Source: a virus. From it: a DNA stretch of 64,000 bases. The position numbers were made by a program, and so were the translations under genes. Location: the IMG/VR virus record IMGVR_UViG_3300009506_000001, positions 32,001 through 96,000 of that record; one strand, given 5' to 3'. Positions within the stretch are counted from its first letter, which is position 1; each line of letters begins with the position of its first letter. Shown in pieces: positions 36,318 to 48,500 of this stretch. The notes under the pieces are model-generated. The model was not told where the DNA came from, did no database searches, and was given only the letters and a program-made list of their open reading frames with translations.

Positions 36318-39300
36318 TGAGCAGAATTATAAGCAGAGCAGAAGCCTGGGAACGTGCGTATGATGTGTTTCAGGAAGTAAACTTCAACGCATTTGACTAC
36401 AACTCAATCAAACAGTCGCTGATTGACTACATGAAGTTGTACTTCCCTGAGGACTTCAACGATTTCATCGAATCCAGTGAATTTGTTGCAATCATGGAAC
36501 TGTTTGCTTATGTTGGGGAACTGTTGTCCTATCGTCTTGACTTAAATGCTCACGAGAACTTCATCACACAGGCACAACGTAAAGAATCTGTTCTACGCCT
36601 AGCCAAACTGATTTCTTATACAGCAGCCCGTAACATTCCAGCTCGTGGTCTCACGAAGATGACATCCATCCAGACCACAGAGGCTGTCTATGATTCGAAT
36701 AGTGTTAATCTAGCTAACACAAAGATCAATTGGAACGACACAAATAATTCCAACTGGAAAGAGCAGTTTGTTCTTATTTTGAACCGTGTGTTGCGTCAGA
36801 GCTTTGGTTCTGTATCTCCAACTGAGCGTGTTCAGGTTGACGATGTCATTTTTGAACTTTACCAGCTTAATAATAACCCAATCACCAATGGCGTCTTCCC
36901 TTATACAGCAAATGTGTCAGGTAAGTCATACCCAATGGAGTTGGTGCCATCTTCCTTGGACTCCAATGGTCCATTAGAACGTCGTCCAGATAATACATCG
37001 GCATTTAGTATCCTTTATGGCTCTGATGGTCTTGGTGATGGTTCCGATACAACTGGTTTCTTCTTCTTTACAAAGCAGGGCTCACTTGCAAATCTCACCA
37101 CAACATTTGATGGTGTAACACCAAACCAGACCTTCGATATTACGGTCAACAACATCAACGACGCTGACGTTTGGTTTAACAACATCGACCCAGACACAGG
37201 TGAGACGATCGATGATGGCACGGTTGCAGATGGTGTTTCAGGTGAGTGGCAGGAAGTTGATCTTGCAAATGCTCAGAACATTATCTTCAACACAAACAGC
37301 CGTCGTCAGAAGTATGAGATCGAAACTCTAGCCAATGACCAGATTCGTTTAGTCTTTGGTGATGGTGAGTTCTCGGATATTCCTTCTGGTACGTTTCAGG
37401 CTTGGTACCGTACCTCTGCAAATGAAGACCTAGTTATTCCACAAAATACCGTTGTCAACAAAACATCAAGTTTCACATATGTTGACATTAGTGGTAACGT
37501 CCAGACGCTCACATTTACGTTCTCTCTGATCAACTCTCTGCAGAACGCTTCTCCATCGGAAGACATTGATCACATTCGTCGTGTGGCACCATCTGTTTAC
37601 TATACACAGGATCGTATGGTCAATGCTCGTGACTATAACGTCTTTATGCTCCAAGATCCTTCGATTTTAAAACTCCGAGCAGTCAATAGAACATTTGCAG
37701 GTGACTCGGCATATCTTGCATGGCACGACCCAACTACCACATACGAAAGTGCAAAACTAATTGGTGTGGATGGTGCATTGTATGTGGATCAACGAACGAA
37801 CACGGTTCAAACTGCAACGACAGATTTAACGGAGTTGGTTGATTCATACATCCAACCAATCCTTTCTACTACAGATTTCTTTACCATACTTGAGTCACAC
37901 AACCCTGCTGTGCCACTCAGAAAGACGTTCACACCTACACAGCGTACCAATCTAATTGATACGTTACAGGACATTGTTGATGGTATTCAGTTCTCACCTC
38001 TATATATTTACGTTGATGGTACAACCTTTGATTGGGAATTTGTATCAGGGGGTGGTTCAGTATCAGTGTCCCCACCAGGCCTAACGGATCCACTTATGGA
38101 CTTCGATACGCCAATCATCGAAGTTGTATATGATCCAGGTGCATCAAATGGTTTGATCTGGACAGTTAACTACCAAGGTGAGAGATATATTATCCAAAGT
38201 AATGGTACTCGCTTCTGGAACGTGAACCAGGGTAGCGTTATCGATTATGACACACTTAACACCGTTTCAGATACAATTACCTTGCTTCGGGCCAACTTGG
38301 ATGACACGTGGCAGGGTATACTAACACAGGATTGGGCATTCGACGTTGTTGGCCAAGAACTCAATGTTGACCAGACAACAGACATCAACCGTCTGAATGT
38401 TCTTCCTGTGGACGTAAATGGGGATAATATTCCTGACAACATGAGTTTGGACTATTTGTTCGATGGTGACTTGACACTCACGGTGTCCGCTGGTCAGGTC
38501 CAGTTACCGTTTACAGTTCTCTATAATGACTTTGTTGGAACGGGTTCACCAACAAGTGCGTTGCTTAGTGTATTGGGCGACGTGAGTGGCCCAATGCAGA
38601 TCGGTGTGGACTTTACGTTGCTTGAGCCAGATGGCACGACTGCAATTAGTGGTGAGTCGGGTAGTATCCTTTCTGTTCCAGCAGATGCAACAATCGTGCT
38701 TTCGAACAAAGACTTTGTTTACTTCACTCGAGCCGATTCAAGTAGCGACTGGGAACTTGCTGCCCCTGCTTCAACCACAGTGATCAACGGTTGGTACACG
38801 GAAACTGCAACAGCAGGAACCTATCCGGACAACTGGGACAACACAAGTGCCGTGTATCGTCGCCTTCGTGGTCGTACAGATTACAATTTCTCGTGGTTCC
38901 ATAGTGCAGAACGCTTCTCACTTATTGACCCTTCACAGTCAAACATCATTGACATGTTTGTCATTCCACGTGGATACTATACGGAGTTGACAGAATGGTT
39001 AAGTGGTGAAACGTCAGTTGAACCTGACGCACCAACTCCACTTGATCTACGTACAACGTATGGATATCTTCTTGATAGTAAGATGATTTCTGATACGGTT
39101 GTGTTACATCCCGGCCAGTTCAAAATTTTGTTTGGGTCTAAGGCTCCTTCAGGTCTCCGAGCAACGTTCAAGGTCATTCGTTCGTCAACAGCAAAACTCA
39201 CAGACAATGAAGTTAAGACCCGAATTGTTGGTGTGGTTGAAGAGTTCTTTGATATTAACTTGTGGGAATTTGGGGAGACTTTCTATTTCACAGAGTTGGC

Positions 39301-39493
39301 CGCAGCTGTTCACGACAATCTAAAGTCTGAGATTGATTCCATCGTCATAGTGCCTCTTTCTGCAGGAAACCAGTTTGGTGACATGTTTGAGGTGGTTGCT
39401 CGTGAAGACGAAATTCTGCAAGCTGACATTGGGGTCGAGGATATCGAAGTCGTCACGTCCTATACGTCACAAAATCTTCGTCAAGATATTTAA
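36317..39493 (+). CDS. Baseplate wedge protein (gp6-like)
   Basis: YFPEDFNDFIESSE, ENFITQAQRKESVLRLAKLISY, FGDG, QDRMVNARDY, WEFGETFYFTEL. Confidence 0.85.
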   Translation: MSRIISRAEAWERAYDVFQEVNFNAFDYNSIKQSLIDYMKLYFPEDFNDFIESSEFVAIMELFAYVGELLSYRLDLNAHENFITQAQRKESVLRLAKLISYTAARNIPARGLTKMTSIQTTEAVYDSNSVNLANTKINWNDTNNSNWKEQFVLILNRVLRQSFGSVSPTERVQVDDVIFELYQLNNNPITNGVFPYTANVSGKSYPMELVPSSLDSNGPLERRPDNTSAFSILYGSDGLGDGSDTTGFFFFTKQGSLANLTTTFDGVTPNQTFDITVNNINDADVWFNNIDPDTGETIDDGTVADGVSGEWQEVDLANAQNIIFNTNSRRQKYEIETLANDQIRLVFGDGEFSDIPSGTFQAWYRTSANEDLVIPQNTVVNKTSSFTYVDISGNVQTLTFTFSLINSLQNASPSEDIDHIRRVAPSVYYTQDRMVNARDYNVFMLQDPSILKLRAVNRTFAGDSAYLAWHDPTTTYESAKLIGVDGALYVDQRTNTVQTATTDLTELVDSYIQPILSTTDFFTILESHNPAVPLRKTFTPTQRTNLIDTLQDIVDGIQFSPLYIYVDGTTFDWEFVSGGGSVSVSPPGLTDPLMDFDTPIIEVVYDPGASNGLIWTVNYQGERYIIQSNGTRFWNVNQGSVIDYDTLNTVSDTITLLRANLDDTWQGILTQDWAFDVVGQELNVDQTTDINRLNVLPVDVNGDNIPDNMSLDYLFDGDLTLTVSAGQVQLPFTVLYNDFVGTGSPTSALLSVLGDVSGPMQIGVDFTLLEPDGTTAISGESGSILSVPADATIVLSNKDFVYFTRADSSSDWELAAPASTTVINGWYTETATAGTYPDNWDNTSAVYRRLRGRTDYNFSWFHSAERFSLIDPSQSNIIDMFVIPRGYYTELTEWLSGETSVEPDAPTPLDLRTTYGYLLDSKMISDTVVLHPGQFKILFGSKAPSGLRATFKVIRSSTAKLTDNEVKTRIVGVVEEFFDINLWEFGETFYFTELAAAVHDNLKSEIDSIVIVPLSAGNQFGDMFEVVAREDEILQADIGVEDIEVVTSYTSQNLRQDI

Positions 39494-39557
39494 ACCACGA
39501 TTTTAACTGTTGGTTCCTTCTAATAAATACTTGGAACATCGTGGAGTATAAGAAACT

Positions 39558-42500
39558 GTGACCGACAATTCAGATTACACAAAGCCTAGAACCAATCTCT
39601 ATGACCTATTACCAGAAGTTTATAAATCTGGTGTCAATCGTAGTGTTCTAGAGGCATCCATTAACCGTTTCCTAACAAAGAGTCAGACAGACCGAGTTAT
39701 AGGATATATTGGGCAGGGTAATCCAAACGCTGCAATCAATCGTCAGATTGCGGAGCCAACTCCACAGCGTCAAGCATATCAGTTGCAACCAATGATCTAC
39801 AGCAAGATTGGCACTGTAGAACATATGGCATCCTTTAAAGACATTGAGAACGAATTAACACGCCTTGGTGTGGATCCGCTGCTAATGCAGGAGTGGGGTG
39901 ATGCACTTGCATTTAACTGGGCTCCCCCAATTGACTTTGATAAGCTAATCAACTACCGAAATTACTATTGGTACAATGAAGAAGACCCAACGGAAGATCC
40001 ACAGTACCTAACAATTCGTAGTGACTGTGTTCGTGCACAGGCAGCACTTGATGAATATAATCTTCTTCTTGATACAATTGGTGCTTTGCATGCAATAGTT
40101 GGTCTGGATGCAATGAATCACACTATCAGTATTGCAACAGACTTAACAGGTACATTTACGGAAGGTTTTATCTTCTATGTAAAGAATTCAACCAACAGCA
40201 CCATCAATGCTGAATTCTATACGGTTGTATCATCTGCGTACAATGCTGGTTCAGACGCAACAGTCATAACAGTTAATGTGAGTGGTTCACCTGTATTTGA
40301 TGATTCAATCATTGATGGTGATGTTTCGCTTGAAGAAGGTGTGAACATTTATGAAGCTGCACGGGACTGCTTCTGTGCTGGGGAAGTTGGTTGGTCTGGT
40401 GGGCTTTGGGATGATAACCAAGTTGGTACAGTGATATGGAATACACAGCTTATTCTAAGTATCAGCTATCCTAATGAGGCAGCTTGGTTGGCTGCTCACT
40501 GCCCGGGTTCACCAACGTGTCCAGAAGAAACAAATCTATGGTATGATACGAGTACAGATGAATTGAAGCAGTACAACGGCAGTGCATGGGTTGTTGTTCA
40601 GCGTAACTTTGGCAGTATCCTTGCAGTAACTACAGGTGGTAACACTTGGGATTACTCTAAGCAGTGTCACTTTGCATCCAATGATTGGATTACACAGAAC
40701 AAGTGGCTTCACCAAAACCAGGTACCTAACTTTTCAATTGCAAAGCAAGCTCAGATTCCTATTATTGAGTTTATTTCAACCATTGAGCTAAATGCGTGGA
40801 CAAAGATCACCTATATCTGGCAGTATCGTCCAGCATCAACGGAGCCTTGGGAAAGTGCGGCGGTTGCTCGTCCAAATCTTTTTGAGCTAATTGGTGTTGA
40901 TACTTATACGATTGATGTGGGTCTTCAAGAGATAGTGTTCGATGCTCGTTATGGTGATTTAACACCATTCCTTGAAGCTGGCACAGAAATTATTCTTGAT
41001 GGTACTACCGATAATGATGGCACATACACAATTGATTACTCGTTCTTCTGTGAAGAGGTAGCAGGACAAAAATATCAGACTCGAATTCGTTTAGTTGAAA
41101 CATTAACATCGACAACCGCTGATGGTATTATTACACCAGCATACACTTCACGTGGTGATGCATATGAAGGTGTGCATGTTCATTGGTCTTTTGTACAAGA
41201 GGACGAAGCCTTCCCAACCGTGTATATTCCGTTGAACCCAATGTTAGAACTTCCAACCAATCCTCCACTGCCAGCAGTAGCGGATACGTATTGGCAGTAT
41301 ACGCTAGGCTTATTTGCAGAGGAAATTCTTGCCACGACGAAGAGCCTTGGTACTCTAACTATTATAGGAGCCTCTTCGGGTTCCCCAACATATTGGGAGA
41401 TTGCAGGAGACCATACAGCAGCATTTTCCGATCCAAACCTAATCGGTGTTGGTGGAACTATAACTGTTAGTGGAAACCTGGGTGGTGGTAATACTGATTA
41501 CACTATAACAAGTGTATCGCTGGTTGGTGGAAATACTCGCATTGGTGTTGCAGGTTCGATTCCAGCAGCCGCAGTTGCAGCTACAACAAAGGGTGAGCTT
41601 TTTGCTCATTGGACATTCACTTTTGATTCATCGCTACGAGATGAAACATTAGAAGGTACAAACGACCTCCGTGTTTATATTGAGGATACTCGTCAGTATG
41701 GTAACTATGATGAGATCGCTGTTACAGGTTCGCCAACCCCCGATTGTTCATATGTGGGTGGAATCCTTATCCGTGCACCTCTAGAACAGTATCAGATGCT
41801 GCGTGTAGAGGTAGGTGCAGCCGCATGTTGTGATATTGGTTACAATTGGGTTGGTGTACGTACAAATACCGATGATGGTTCCTTTAACCCAGCCACCGAT
41901 CTTGAATGTGTCAGCTTGGTTCAGTTTAAGAAACTGGAACAGGTCAAGTCCGAAACAAACCAATATCCATTGTTTGACTTGTTTGATGTAGAAGGAAATC
42001 CTCTTAATGTTGCATCACGTATTTTTGCATTCCAAGAGTCGCAGTCCTATCCAGTCAATACACTTGTCAATAAGCGTATTGTTACAAGTAGTGATGGTCG
42101 AGATTATTACTTCGAGCAGTACCTAACACCAGAAGATAATGGTGTACTTTATGCCTACCGTGAAGCATCTAACTCTTTCTGGTATGACTCTGATAATGAA
42201 ATTTTGTATCAGTGGAAGAATGGTACTTGGAATCCAAAGATTGTTACAACAGATTTTAGTACTAGTTCTACAACTGCATGTTATGTTGCACCGGTTGTAA
42301 GTAATATGGTGCCAGGCTCACCATACATTGATGTTGATGGTATGCTTTGGTTTAATACTAACAACAATTCTGTATACGTTAGCGATGGTTCCAGTTGGAC
42401 ACTAAATTCACTGATAACTGCGGATGTTGTTATTAGTGATGCTGATCCAGGGCTAAACTCTATTTGGAGAACAGGACCAACAGATACAAGCTGTGCAGAT

Positions 42501-45500
42501 AGTGAAACTTATGTTCCAGAGTGGGTCGATGGTGATCGTAATCCATTAACTGTGGGTGATCCAAACGGTGACTGGGAAATTCCTGATCAGTTATACTTCA
42601 ACCCACTACATGAAAATCGCAAGGTCCTTTCCTACACCGATCTATACACCCATTTCACAAGCGTGATCAATGCTCAGGATGTGCCACCAGGATTCCTAGG
42701 TACACCAGCTGAAATGTTCCATGCTATTTTGGATGTTAACTATGGTGCGGGTGGCACCATGAAGGAATATAATAACAGCTACGATACCTTCTTGTCATCA
42801 ATCTTTAACCAGACCGTAAACCCAGTTGAGCTGTATGAGTTTGCTCATGATGCGTACGAAAATGCCATCAGTCAGTTGAAGGAATACTTCCGTCGAGATG
42901 CTTCCGTAACAATGGTTGATACTACACCTTCCACTGTCGCTGATCTGTCCACTGCCCTTACAGATGCAATTTTGTTCCTTTATGAATCAAATGATATTGC
43001 AAGTTTGGTGTATGGTGATACGACAGCTTATAATGCAACAACGGGGCTCGGTGTTAAAAACTGGCCTGCAACCTTACCATTCTTTGATATGGTTTACAAG
43101 GTTGAACCACAACAGATTTATGATCCAACAATCGGTTTGAATGAAATACTTCACCATGATGGTCATTACTCCCACATTGAGTTCAATCCAACAACAATTG
43201 AAACGGCTAACCGTAGAATTATTAGCACCACTGATACACGATCATCCAATCCAACTGGGAAGATGGGTGCTGCGGTTGCTTCGACTCCCCCAGATTCATT
43301 CCTTGCTTATCAAACTATGTTTGGTAACACATCGGCCCTTTATTGGTATGATACCTCCAATTCAAGAAACCGTATCATGTATCGTATGTCGGCCGTGGCA
43401 GTGGGTGAGATTGCTCCTGCTATAGATCTAGCGGAAGGTGCATTCTGGTATGACACAGCAGTTAACCAGCTAAAGATTCTTCAGTCTGGTAGTTGGGTAA
43501 ATGATCCAAGTGTTGGTCCAGGATATTTGAGTGATATCAGTAATGGATACTACGGTGCTTGGGAATTGATTGATTTTAACAAGTTGTTCTCGGATGTCAT
43601 TTACAACACAGAGACACGACTATGGGAAGCTGCTCCCGAAGATCCTACTTTGGTATTTGATTTTGATACTACATTTGCAGAGGATCCTGTGCTAACCGAT
43701 CAGCTATTTGAAGAGCAGTTTGCAAGTTTTGTTAGCCAGGCAGAGATTCTTGATCCTTATGCCAACGAAGAGTATATGAGTGATGATCCATATACTTGGA
43801 ATTATAAGACAGCCACTGTTAGTGGTAGCCCTCCATCATTAATGCCACAAGTGGGAGCATCTTATGTGTCCGGTGGCGATTGGCGTGATGTTTACCAGAA
43901 GCAATTAGGTACTCCGTATCCGCACTTTGAACCATGGGTACTTCAGGGGTATTACACAAAACCAGATTGGTGGGATACATCGTATCCAGCGGTTGCTGGA
44001 CGCCGTTGGTCCTCAGCAATGTGGACTAACATCGTTAGTGGTATTGTCCCTGCTGGAGAACTACTTGCTGATGGTAGTGTCAGTACAGGTGTTGCAGGAG
44101 AGGCAACACAGTACAATTACATTCCTGTCAACATGGACACAGGTGTTGTGAAGGATGGAGCTGGTAACACTTATAGCCCAGATGCTCTACTACCTCCAGT
44201 AACGATCCTCCCTATAACAAAGGGTGGTATCCCTAGCATCTACCCTATTCGATCAATTTGGACAGCCTATGCACAGGTTCCAAATGCGGCAGATGATTAC
44301 AACTATGACGATGCTGGGACAGTGGAATGGGCTTGGGAGAATTCCTCTCAGTACTTGTACGATAGCCTTAAGGTTGCATTCAAAATTCAACCTATTCGCT
44401 TTATTCATTCTACACTTGGTATCGATTTTGTATATGTCGGCTGCCTAAATGTTGACCAAAATACACAGAAGGTATATGCACACCAGAATACTTTGTTCCA
44501 TGGTGACCTGCAGCCAGACAATACCATCTTCCGTGTGCCTGGTACACTACAGTGGTATACAAACTACAACAGAGCTAGTGGATATGACATTAGTTCATCC
44601 AACTTCCGTCGTATGTGGTCAGGATGGGATACCTATCTATCTTACCAGTTCTCAACTGTAATCGATACGACTTCGTTAATCTTGTCAAGTACAATATTCG
44701 ATGTGGTAGAGGAAGACTACCAAGTTACATTGAAGCGTTCCCCTGGTATTGAGGATCACACAGTTGATGCATTGAAGGTTTCTATTCTCAAGTCGCCTCC
44801 AACTTTAATCAATCAAGATACACAGAGCCAGTGGACATTTAATGTTAGCTCGTACTCACCAACTGGTCGTCCAATGCCTTATTATGGAAGTCAAACCTAC
44901 AACTTTACGGTTGATATTGGTACGGATGTCCTAACATTGACAGATGTGTATGGACGTACTGCACCTTGGACAGATGGACAAGCTGTCTATCTATCATCAA
45001 CAGAATTCTTGCCTTCACCACTGTTGGCAGATACACCATATTATGTAACAAAGGTAGCTGCAAATCAGTATACCCTATCAACATCCCCAGGTGGACCAAT
45101 CGTTGATATCCTGAGTGCTGGTACAGGAACACAGTCCATATTCCAAGTTCAGTCAACCTTCACAGCACTGGAAGGTGCGACAACATCGGCTAATTGGTAC
45201 CACGTTGAGCTTGATACAGACCTAGTGCTAACAGCGACTCCACCAACACAGATTAACGGATTTCAGAACCTGATCTCGTTTATTGATGGTTACGCTGCCT
45301 ATGCAGCAGAGGTTGATAACTTTAGGTTCAACCACGCGGTAACGGATATTGATGCTGCAACTGGTAAGGTTACTAACTGGCAGCTAGAAGAAGAGCGTTT
45401 GATTAATTGGGCTTACAGTTCCCGTAAAGCAGAGCGGTTCCGTCGTGATCAGTATCCGGTAACTGCATTAGCTTCTACGGATACATTTACGTATAGTGAA

Positions 45501-48500
45501 CAGGCTCCGGGTGGTTGGACAACAGGAACTGTGGTGGATGTATTCACGGAAGGAACGCTGCCACAGCCTCTAGTTCCAAATACAACCTACTATATTATTC
45601 AGGATACAAGTTCAACATTTAAGTTGGCTATCACATCACGCAATGCTCGTAATGGCATTGCAATTGATTTACTCACGGATGGTGTAGGTGACCTATATGT
45701 CCGTGCTGCGCTTTCAGCTCAAACAGCTCCAACATTTGAAGTAAATCCATTTAAGTACAACCTGTGGATTGCAACACCAGAAGGCATTGTCTCGGATCTT
45801 GTAAAGGGGCCATTTGCAGATGTACGTACTAACCAGCTGTTACTAGATCAGTATGGCACTCAGTTGCCTTCAAGTGATGTATTGCCACTACGTGAAGATC
45901 AGCTAACACGTATTAATGTTCAGGAAGGCATTGAGAATACAGTGTCTCCAATTGCTCCACCAGGGTTTGAGTTGTACAACAACCTACATCTAACCAGTGC
46001 ACACATCTACATTGATGGATATGAGCACGTTATTCTATTCCAAGATTATGCAGCAACAGGTAATGTCATCTATGATTCATTCCTAGGGTTAAATACGGCC
46101 AAGTTTGATATACAGATGGACCGTAGTACGGAATTCTCCTTCCGACCAAACCTTGGTGGTTTTGTTTTAGTAGACAACAGCAATACGACTGGTCGATCTC
46201 GTTTCTCTCGTAACATTGAAGGTCAGGTTGATGACCTACGGTATGCGTATGATACATATCGAACAGTGGAGTCCAATAGGATTGTTGCGGAGGCCCGTGC
46301 TTCTTTGGGTTACGATGGAGCAAGGGATTACCTAAATGCTATTAACATCAATCCAAAGTCGCAATTCATTTTCTGGCGCGGAATGATTCAGCAGAAAGGG
46401 TCGGTAAACAGCGTGAAAGCATTTATCAATTCTCGTCGCTTCGTCGATGCAAAAATTGATGAGTACTGGGCTCGTAAGATTGCTGACTTTGGTAATGCCA
46501 ACGAATACACACTTCCAGAAGTGCAGCTATTTGCCTCTGATGGTAACTTAACGGAACTGCGTCTAGAATTTGTAGATCCAAATGAAACAGCTTCAACGGG
46601 CTTCATTGGTATTTCAAATAATGATCAAGATCGTTGGTATGAATATCCAAACCAGAAAGAATTCTTCGATGCAAACGGTAACATGTATTTCAATGCAGAG
46701 GCAACCTCTTTAGATGATTCACCAAGTTTTGTTCTATTTGGTGGTCATTACTATTATGAAACACCAGAGATATGTGATACGGTTGTTGCTACATACTATA
46801 ATTTTGATGGAAGCCCACATACAGACCAAACAGAGCGGTTGATAGAAGGAGTTGACTATATCCGAGTGAACTCTCGATTGATTGATTTTGGAACAACCAA
46901 TCCAACTACGGTATGGCCAAACCTAAAGGTTTACACAATCAATCCTGCAGAGCAGCGACACAATCCAGCCAAGGTGCGCGATGCTGTGGATGATTTGACA
47001 CTAACGAACGTTATTATTTGGGATCCAGCTCGTGGTCATCATTATCCTCAAGCCATCCAACTTGTAGATGTTACAGGACCATCGGATCCAGCTTTGATTC
47101 AATATGGTTACAGTGACAGCATAGATCCAGCACAGACAGCAGTAGGATCACCAGCAAGTCAGTATCCTTATGGTAGCAACGCTGTGAACACAACTTGGTT
47201 GGATTCCAGTCTCCTTGCATTTGTTCCTTACTCTGACACGGCAGTATTCACAGACACGTTTGAGAGACTACGTCGCTGGGGTAAACTAGCTGACTTTGGT
47301 GACTATAAGATGTACCAGTGGACCGAATCTGATGTTCCACCAAGCGAGTATAATGCAATTGCAGAAGAACAAGAGGGTGACATTACAATTGCTGAAAGTC
47401 AGCGCGTGAATGGCCGTGTCCGTGAAGTTGTGTATGAAGGTGACGGTGGATCTCCAATTGGATGGACAGAGTATCCATTTGAAGTGGAGGAGTATGCAAG
47501 CCGTATCGTTTATGGTGCCCCTTCATTCACAATTAGCAGTGCTCATCCAGCAACGCTATATGTAAATGGTTTGCTAGTTGGAACCTTCACAAGCTCAGCA
47601 GCTATCAGTGCAGAAATATCAGGCCTCGATTATACTGATGCAGATCATATTCATGTTGCAAAGTACTATCCAACAGATGCTGATATTGATGACATAACAT
47701 GGAAGAAAGATACACCATACACAACTGAACAGAAGGTTATTGATGGTGAGCCTGTTACTAAGTATTACTTCTGGGTTGGTGAAAAGACAGTTCGTCAGAC
47801 TTATCGGAATAAGGCTGTCACAATGGTGGAAGCACAAATCCAGTTGAATAAAGTGCCAGTGCCATACGTGATTGTTCAGAACATTGATACAGCTGGTTCC
47901 CCTACGCCATCGGTTGTTATTCCTCGTCGATACACACAGGCTATCATTCGTGGATTGAGTGCATATGTAAATGCCGATGATCGATACACATTACGGTTTA
48001 CACGTGATTTCACATACCGTGACAATCTATCAACGACCGATCCTTTATACGGCCCTGATAGTATTCAGAACCGCCACCAGGAATGGTCTATCTTTAGACA
48101 GGAACAGCAGTACTCAATTGATCGTGATCTATGGAACATCCTAACCGAATCAATTATCGGACAGACTCTAGCTTCACTAGGTGGAACAGCAGTGCGTGTA
48201 CCTTCCTTGAATAAAGAGCTATATGATGACGAGAATGACACGTCAACACGAATTGGTTTTGGTGATGGTCAAGCCTTTTGTGATGGTGCTTCTGGTTGGG
48301 AGGCAATTCTATCATACCTCCAGGATGGTAGTAACGACTTTGCCCCAATAGATATTAATACGTTCTTTGATACATGGGATCCACTATCGTTGACACCACG
48401 TGACTCAACAGATGCACAGACAATTGCAGACATGATGGATGATATCTATAATACCTTTACATATGAGAACGTAAACCGCATGTGGTTCTCAGCCTTGCTA